A program made the translations under genes and the position numbers. From an uncultured Gammaproteobacteria bacterium (GTDB lineage Bacteria; Patescibacteriota; Microgenomatia; Levybacterales; UBA12049): 64,000 nt of DNA. Each line of letters opens with the position of its first letter. Within the stretch, counting starts at the first letter, position 1. Below the pieces are notes generated by a model that was not told where the DNA came from, ran no database searches, and saw nothing but the letters and a program-made list of their open reading frames with translations. Where the stretch lies: positions 377,316-441,315 of the forward strand of contig OZ246394.1 in assembly GCA_965230895.1 (NCBI GenBank), given 5' to 3'. Shown here piece after piece: positions 58,801-64,000 of this stretch.

Positions 58801-60015
58801 GCAGTCTTCGATAAATCAAAAACAAAAAAAGTCTGGAAAGACAATGGTATGAAGATCCTTATCTTCAATTGGAGAGATACAAAACATATTTATGCTGGCG
58901 GTGCTGAAGTATATATCAATGAACTTGCAAAACGATGGGTAAAAAACGGTAATAAAGTAACACTTTTTAGTGGAAATGATAATAGAAATCTTTTCTACGA
59001 GAACGTCAACGGTATTGAAGTCTACCGACGTGGTGGAACATACACAGTATATTTCTTTGCGGTAATGTATTACCTTCTTAAGTTCCGAGGTAAGTACGAC
59101 GTTATCATTGATTGCGAAAATGGTATTCCATTCTTTATGCCTCTCTTTGCAAAAGAACAGGTTATCTTGCTTGTCCATCACGTTCATCAAGAAATCTTCC
59201 GAAAGTTTCTTAAGTTCCCGATGAGTACTGTTGCAGAATTCCTTGAAGGCAAAGTAATGCCGTTTATTTATCAAAATAAAAACGTTGTTACAGTATCTGC
59301 ATCTTCACAAAGTGAAATCTTTAATCTTGGATTTACAAATTCAGGGAACATCGCAATTATTCCAAATGGTGTTGATGAAACACTCTATGTTGATTATCCA
59401 AAAACAGATCATCCTTCATATATTTATCTTGGCCGATTGAAGGAATATAAAAATATTGATGTAGCCATCAAAGCTTTTGCGAAAGTTTTGAAAATACATA
59501 AGAATGCGACATTATCAATTGTTGGAACTGGAGAAAGTTACTATGAATTGCGAGGATTAGTTGAGAGACTTGGTGTTTCAAATGCAGTTACATTCCATGG
59601 TCGTGTATCAGAGAAAGAAAAAGCACGACTCCTTTCCCAAAGCTGGGCAGCGATACAACCTTCACAAATGGAAGGTTGGGGTATCACAGTTATTGAAGCA
59701 AATGCTGCTGGGACACCAGTTATCGCATCTCGAGTAAATGGTTTGCAAGATTCAGTTATCGATAATCAAACAGGACTTCTCGTAGAAGCTGGTGACGTTG
59801 CATCATTTGCAATCGCGATGAGAAAGCTTGCTGATAATGACTTAGTTCGAGTATCACTTTCAAATGAAGCAAGAAAATGGGCTCAGAACTTCAATTGGGA
59901 TAAAAGTGCTGAAGATTTCTATACATTAATTGGTCGAAATTTTGCACAAGGAACTATCAGTCCAGCATATACAAATGTTGTATTGAATACTGCTGAGAAA
60001 GGATCTACAAACTAA
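55879..60015 (+). CDS. Multidomain glycosyltransferase: DPM1-like GT2 + processive GT2 + multi-TM region + GT4
   Basis: PVYNE/DDNSTDGT/DGDLQ; TKPKACN/FDAED/TEDAD/QRSRW; TM block; AGGAE, IPNGVD, GRLKEYKN, EGWGITVIEA. Confidence 0.88.
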   Translation: MQTNQQLISVVVPVYNEIGIIMQFNEQLLLTLNNSNQPYEVIYVDDNSTDGTFEWLQSIANDTIKVIRKIGTKGKAYSLMQGFEVAQGEILAMIDGDLQYPPAKIPEMTQALQNADIVVANRKDYKDSKMRKLLSRGFRNVFGKMLFGLNTDIQSGLKVFKKEVYETVKFQPVSPWTFDLEFLHRAKQAGYTLKNTEIVFAPRRNGQSKMNVVKQSYEIGANALNIKMKPVTYFPVEPEKGTMRGAGVKAKNKKYVTHTTLPSALSAIETFTFPQKVFFIGTPILLLLAYILIPLQAARVTVGVLSILYFIDAIFNIYVVGKSLSKKNEIDVSEAELAEINESELPVYTILCPLYREAHVVPQFLEGISKIDWPKEKLDVMFLLEEDDTETIAEFEKMNLPFYARTVIVPDSQPKTKPKACNYGLSYAKGEYLVIFDAEDVPDPLQLKVAYLGFKKAPSNVKCLQAKLSYYNSRYNLLTRFFTAEYALWFDVTLPGLQSLNSALPLGGTSNHFLTENLRELQGWDPFNVTEDADLGVRLFQRGYRTAIINSTTYEEATSVRKVWLKQRSRWIKGYMQTYLVHMRNLPGFVKQVGLWHNFIFQLTVGGKILFVLLNPFMWVITALYFLANPVFGPIMEAIYRPPVSYIAVFSWIFGNFMFLYCYMIAVGKRKDWDLAKYVLLIPLYWVMMSTAAMIALYQLILKPHYWEKTLHGFHLGRKDSKATESAPMQAPRPAIQPAYVPVAEPTVKPSAKSAASFTMPNISLPSITLPKFTGFYAKFLQVLPILVLLNLDLALAHAFLSPEEAQTYLVLSLIGKAAFVISQFGSTFIAGVLSRGKSATNHFFNLIFFTFLFNWIGYVVFGLEGQYFIPAMFGNSLDGIIAYMPFYMFALLCFAVANRFSAFHAQKKNYAFIGISLATILAFVPFILVNNETISDYVRTFAYLGSINLFFVVIMHLSNPYVRVMENNLASFIAVFDKSKTKKVWKDNGMKILIFNWRDTKHIYAGGAEVYINELAKRWVKNGNKVTLFSGNDNRNLFYENVNGIEVYRRGGTYTVYFFAVMYYLLKFRGKYDVIIDCENGIPFFMPLFAKEQVILLVHHVHQEIFRKFLKFPMSTVAEFLEGKVMPFIYQNKNVVTVSASSQSEIFNLGFTNSGNIAIIPNGVDETLYVDYPKTDHPSYIYLGRLKEYKNIDVAIKAFAKVLKIHKNATLSIVGTGESYYELRGLVERLGVSNAVTFHGRVSEKEKARLLSQSWAAIQPSQMEGWGITVIEANAAGTPVIASRVNGLQDSVIDNQTGLLVEAGDVASFAIAMRKLADNDLVRVSLSNEARKWAQNFNWDKSAEDFYTLIGRNFAQGTISPAYTNVVLNTAEKGSTN

Positions 60016-60914
60016 TGAAGCCAGTAACAGTATCAGTTGGAATTCCAGCATTTAATGAAGGCAAAAATATTCAACGCTTGCTTTTATCGGTTCTTGCACA
60101 AAAAGAAAATGGTATAGTTCTCAAAGAAGTATTCGTCATGTCAGACGGCAGTAGTGATGACACAGCAAAGAAAGTAAAAGCGCTGAAGGATAAACGAATC
60201 AAATTCTTTGACGATGGAAAGCGTTTGGGAAAATCCGCTCGGATGGATCAGCTCTTCCGAAAAGTTTCAGGCGATGTCCTCATGCTTATGGATGCAGATA
60301 TTGTGATTGATGATCGTTTACTATTTTCAAAAGTAGTTCGTCGAGGGAAGCTTGAGAAAGCAGGTATTGCTGGAGTAAATGTACAACCTTTGAAATCAGA
60401 AGTGTTCTTTGAAGAGATTATCAAAACTGGTGTACTCATCATGAAAGACATCGCAAAGAACTGGAATGCGGGAAGAAATTACTTATCATACAAAGGTGCA
60501 TTTTTAGCGCTTGATGGCAGTTTCGCACGATCAATTCATATCCCAGCAAGTATCGTAAACAATGACCCGTACCTTTATTTCGCAGCTGTTGAGAAAGGTT
60601 TTAAACCTTCATACATTACAAGTTGTGAAGTCTTTTATCGCTCCCCTATGACATTGCATGACCATATAAAACAATCTTCACGATTCCAAAGTTCACGTGA
60701 AGAGCTTTCAAAACATTTCAAGCTTGATTGGGACAAAGAATACACGATGCCAGTTGCAATCGTTATGAAAAGTATCTTAAAATCAATTGGTACCCGCCCT
60801 TTCCATTTTGCTCTTTATGGTGCCGTTAATGTCATTTCTAAGGTCAAAAGACAAACGAAACTTAAAAGTACGTGGAGCATTGCAAACTCTACAAAAGGGA
60901 AAATTAGTATATGA
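60015..60914 (+). CDS. GT2 glycosyltransferase
   Basis: IPAFNE, SDGSSDDT, GKS, MDAD. Confidence 0.85.
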   Translation: MKPVTVSVGIPAFNEGKNIQRLLLSVLAQKENGIVLKEVFVMSDGSSDDTAKKVKALKDKRIKFFDDGKRLGKSARMDQLFRKVSGDVLMLMDADIVIDDRLLFSKVVRRGKLEKAGIAGVNVQPLKSEVFFEEIIKTGVLIMKDIAKNWNAGRNYLSYKGAFLALDGSFARSIHIPASIVNNDPYLYFAAVEKGFKPSYITSCEVFYRSPMTLHDHIKQSSRFQSSREELSKHFKLDWDKEYTMPVAIVMKSILKSIGTRPFHFALYGAVNVISKVKRQTKLKSTWSIANSTKGKISI

Positions 60915-62002
60915 GCAGAGATAAATACGAAAGCCTTCCAATTCTCCACTTTGCAGAACAGATTAAAAAAAAGCATGTTAAAAAATCCCTCAAATGTATT
61001 ATTTTTGGTAACTTTGGTGCACTAAATTTAGGCGATGAAGCAATATTGGCAGGAGAAATCACGGAGTTACAAAAGATTCCTAATCTCAGTATTACTGTGA
61101 TTGGACGTTTCCCCAAAGAAGTTCATAAACTCCATAAGGTGCATGCTCTTTCAATGTACGATCTCTACAAAGTCCGTCGCGAAATTAGAAAGTCTGATTT
61201 CGTTATCGTCGGTGGAGGCGGATTAATCAATAAAGTTGAGCGTAGTATCAATGGCTTTCTTTTCCAACTCTATATGATTTTCACCTTTTTCTTTCTCCCA
61301 CGATTTTTCAAAAAGCGATTGTATGTGACTGGCATTGGAATCTACGATAATGCAAATCCTCTTATCGTGAATCTCGTGCTTCCATTCTTGAAAGGTGCAA
61401 CCCTTTTGACAGTTCGTGATGCTCATTCGCATGAATTCTTAAAACACAAAAATGTTCATGCAGGCTTGTACAAAGATAATAGTTTCCTCATGGAACAGTT
61501 AAACAAAGAAGATGTCCTCAAGCATGATCTTTTCAAAAAACATTATCGAAAAGATCGCATGAATATCGGAATCTCGCTTGTTAAACCTGATAGCAAAAAA
61601 GATGAAAAACGATTAATGGAAGAAGTGAAAAAGTTTATTGGCGAGTATCGAGAGAAAGCTGATTTTTGGCTTTATGCAACCGATGCCAACCCTTCATATG
61701 TAAATGATCTGATCATTGGCACAAATTTGATAAATGACGTCCAACGAGAATTTGGAAGTGGAGTTACGTTCCATACAGTCCCGACAAATCTCTCACCGAA
61801 AGTATATTTCTCGTCATTTAAGCTCATGAACTTTATGATCGCTATGCGATTTCATGCAGCTGTTTTTGCATACAGAAATAAAGTGGCTTTTGCAGGCATC
61901 CCATATGATAAGAAATGTACAAGCTTTATAACCTCAATTGGCAAGAAGCCAATCAACCTCAAAAGCCTCACTCATAGTGAGATTAGCAAAACCGTCTTAT
62001 AG
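60911..62002 (+). CDS. Polysaccharide pyruvyl transferase (CsaB-like)
   Basis: GNFGALNLGDEAI, VGGGGL, GIG, TVRD, AMRFHA, YDKK. Confidence 0.88.
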   Translation: MSRDKYESLPILHFAEQIKKKHVKKSLKCIIFGNFGALNLGDEAILAGEITELQKIPNLSITVIGRFPKEVHKLHKVHALSMYDLYKVRREIRKSDFVIVGGGGLINKVERSINGFLFQLYMIFTFFFLPRFFKKRLYVTGIGIYDNANPLIVNLVLPFLKGATLLTVRDAHSHEFLKHKNVHAGLYKDNSFLMEQLNKEDVLKHDLFKKHYRKDRMNIGISLVKPDSKKDEKRLMEEVKKFIGEYREKADFWLYATDANPSYVNDLIIGTNLINDVQREFGSGVTFHTVPTNLSPKVYFSSFKLMNFMIAMRFHAAVFAYRNKVAFAGIPYDKKCTSFITSIGKKPINLKSLTHSEISKTVL

Positions 62003-62069
62003 TAGACTTTTGAGGCTAAATCCACTATAATGTCATCAATTCGTGTATTATTAATAAAGGAATATTTTT

Positions 62070-62885
62070 ATGAAGAAAACACTTTTTACAGCACTTACAA
62101 AAACCCGTCAAGCAGTTTATAAAACACTTGCCTCTTTTGATAAAAATGTTACCAAGCAAAGCAATCCAATCTTTGTCCTTTCCTACCACAGTATTGCAAA
62201 TGACAGTTGGCGCTTTAGTGTTTCAGAGAAAGCACTAAAAGAGCAAATCGAATATTTGCAAGAACATTTCACTATCGTCACACTCAAAGATTTACAAAAT
62301 CATATCTCTGGCAAAAAGATGATTACCAGACCATCAGTCGTTTTAACATTTGATGATGGATATAAAGATATTTTGCAATGGAAAGAGTATTTCGCAAAAC
62401 GAAATATCACTCCAGCATTGTTCATCCTTTCAAATACAAAAAATCCTAACTGGAAAGAGCTCGGAACAAAGAGAGAATTCCTTACTCCAAGTGATATAAA
62501 GTCACTTCTTAAATTAGACTGGGAAATTGGCAGTCACAGTGCTACACATGCTAACCTCGCAACACTAAACGATAAAGAATTACAAAAAGAAATTGTCGAT
62601 GCAAAAGCTGATTTAGAAAAATCCATTGGACAAAAGGTTAATTATTTTGCATATCCAAGAGGTAAATATGATGAAAATGTAGTACGCTATATAAAGGAAG
62701 CAAAGTACACGATGGCCCTAACCATGGACGATGGATTTATCCAGGAAGGCATGGACATGTTGAGAATACCAAGAGTTGGCATAGATAACACCCATACCTT
62801 TGAAGAATTTAAGGCAACGTTCTCGCCTTCAGTTGTACGCTTCCGAAAAATAATTAAAGAAAGTCCTGCCGGTAAATATCTATGA
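62070..62885 (+). CDS. Polysaccharide deacetylase (IcaB/PgaB-like)
   Basis: LSYHSI, LTFDDGY, EIGSHSATH, FAYPRG, IPRV. Confidence 0.9.
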   Translation: MKKTLFTALTKTRQAVYKTLASFDKNVTKQSNPIFVLSYHSIANDSWRFSVSEKALKEQIEYLQEHFTIVTLKDLQNHISGKKMITRPSVVLTFDDGYKDILQWKEYFAKRNITPALFILSNTKNPNWKELGTKREFLTPSDIKSLLKLDWEIGSHSATHANLATLNDKELQKEIVDAKADLEKSIGQKVNYFAYPRGKYDENVVRYIKEAKYTMALTMDDGFIQEGMDMLRIPRVGIDNTHTFEEFKATFSPSVVRFRKIIKESPAGKYL

Positions 62886-64000
62886 GTAACCTATTCAAGC
62901 AACATACCTTAAAAGTTGTTGGCCATATTTTATTGGCTATTTTCTGTGCGATAGTCCTTGCACTTTCTGTCCGTGGTATTGGAGGAAATCCAACAGCTCC
63001 GGAATTGAATCGTTTAATCTGGAAAGATAATGGACCGCTTGAACTTTCACCTGAACGAGGAAGGTTTGCGTTGATGTATGCTGTAGCAGAAGAAAAATCT
63101 TTTTCATTCTCCCCTGACTTAGCTCGGTTTGCTGCTCCTGACGTTGCCTACACTGCTGGGAAGTATGTTTCACTCTTTGCGCCAGCAGTTTCATATATTG
63201 CTGTGCCTGGATATCTTATCGGAAAAATGTTTGGGCTCTCGCAAGTTGGAGCTTTTGGTACGATTGCATTGTTCGCATTGATAAATATGTATCTTATCCG
63301 TGCAATTGCAATGAGAGTAGGTGCACATCCGGTTGCTGCAACTATTGGAGGGCTTACCTTTCTCTTTGCGACACCAGGCTTTGCATATGCAGTGACTTTG
63401 TATCAGCATCATATATCAACGTTTCTGATCTTGATGAGTTTGTATTTGCTGATACGCTTTACCAGTATCTGGTCGCTTATGGCTATTTGGCTCTTGTGCG
63501 CAGCCTCGATCCCTGTTGATTACCCAAATCTTTTTATGATGCTCCCAATCGGTGTTGCGGCACTTGGACAGGTCATCATGACCAAACGTGAGGAAGGAAA
63601 AATTAAAGTAAATATCCCTGTTCTTCGTGTTTTATCTGTCGCAGTCATGGCATTACCATTGGCTTTCTTCTTATGGTTCAATGCTATGTCCTATGGTAAT
63701 CCATTCACGCTTTCAGGAACGATTGAACGATCAATTGAAGTCAAAGCTGACGGATCACCTGTTCTTGAAAGTGAAAAAATTATTGAAGAATTGAAGAAGT
63801 CAGGTCAACCAATTCCACAAGGAGAGTTCAGTAAAAGTAATTTTCTCGCTTTCTTCCAGACAAGACAATTGATGAATGGTATGTATGAGCATTTCGTCAG
63901 TCAAGATCGAGGAATGCTGTACTTCACACCAATTATGCTCATTGGTTTCATCGGCATTATCTACGCTATCCGTAAAAGGATGCCACATGTTGGACTTTTT
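62882..64000 (+). CDS. Multi-TM membrane protein, probable GT-C type (3'-truncated by window; not in ORF track)
   Basis: ATG overlaps the upstream TGA; MSNLFKQH...GPLELSPERGRFAL...PDVAY..GKYVSLFAP... with many TMs; appears open to the window end. Confidence 0.7.
   Translation, partial: MSNLFKQHTLKVVGHILLAIFCAIVLALSVRGIGGNPTAPELNRLIWKDNGPLELSPERGRFALMYAVAEEKSFSFSPDLARFAAPDVAYTAGKYVSLFAPAVSYIAVPGYLIGKMFGLSQVGAFGTIALFALINMYLIRAIAMRVGAHPVAATIGGLTFLFATPGFAYAVTLYQHHISTFLILMSLYLLIRFTSIWSLMAIWLLCAASIPVDYPNLFMMLPIGVAALGQVIMTKREEGKIKVNIPVLRVLSVAVMALPLAFFLWFNAMSYGNPFTLSGTIERSIEVKADGSPVLESEKIIEELKKSGQPIPQGEFSKSNFLAFFQTRQLMNGMYEHFVSQDRGMLYFTPIMLIGFIGIIYAIRKRMPHVGLF

Noticed and set aside
1-64000. Alternative genetic code (TGA=Gly, as in Gracilibacteria)
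   Set aside because: TGA ends complete genes (7431, 20478, 62885) and long ORFs are intact under code 11

Overview
This is a gene-dense, AT-rich bacterial window using genetic code 11. The gene content, many leaderless genes and PT-rich surface proteins suggest a Patescibacteria/CPR genome, probably Microgenomates (inference). Positions 1-21.8 kb are mixed housekeeping genes: MarR, J-domain, truB, L,D-transpeptidase, C39 peptidase, histidine kinase, patatin, DEAD helicase, Fic, rmlC, typA, nth, yjjX, DsbA, and a SerB fused to a gutted SerA. At 21.9-27.7 kb a DUF2292/YezD gene is followed by a ~380-nt leader with tandem terminators that overlap CCG-loop-CGGAG hairpins. The leader precedes an operon of secreted N/G/S/T-rich 4-repeat proteins, one unanchored and one membrane-anchored, which resembles a functional amyloid or beta-solenoid filament system. 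From 28.8 kb to the end is a large cell-surface glycan island. It holds five QxxRW processive GT2 synthases, GH10/GH26/GH8 hydrolases (two fused to transferases), deacetylase-CBM proteins, a pyruvyl transferase and UDP-GlcNAc supply genes. Inside it is a duplicated cassette of GT2 synthase + ~60-aa YGKG/LPATS micro-peptide + sortase. One peptide is missing from the ORF track and one sortase lacks all three catalytic residues. A shared TAYTATRRG-type motif recurs in the island promoters. No rRNA, tRNA, CRISPR array or transposase was recognised. All family calls come from reading motifs, not from database searches.
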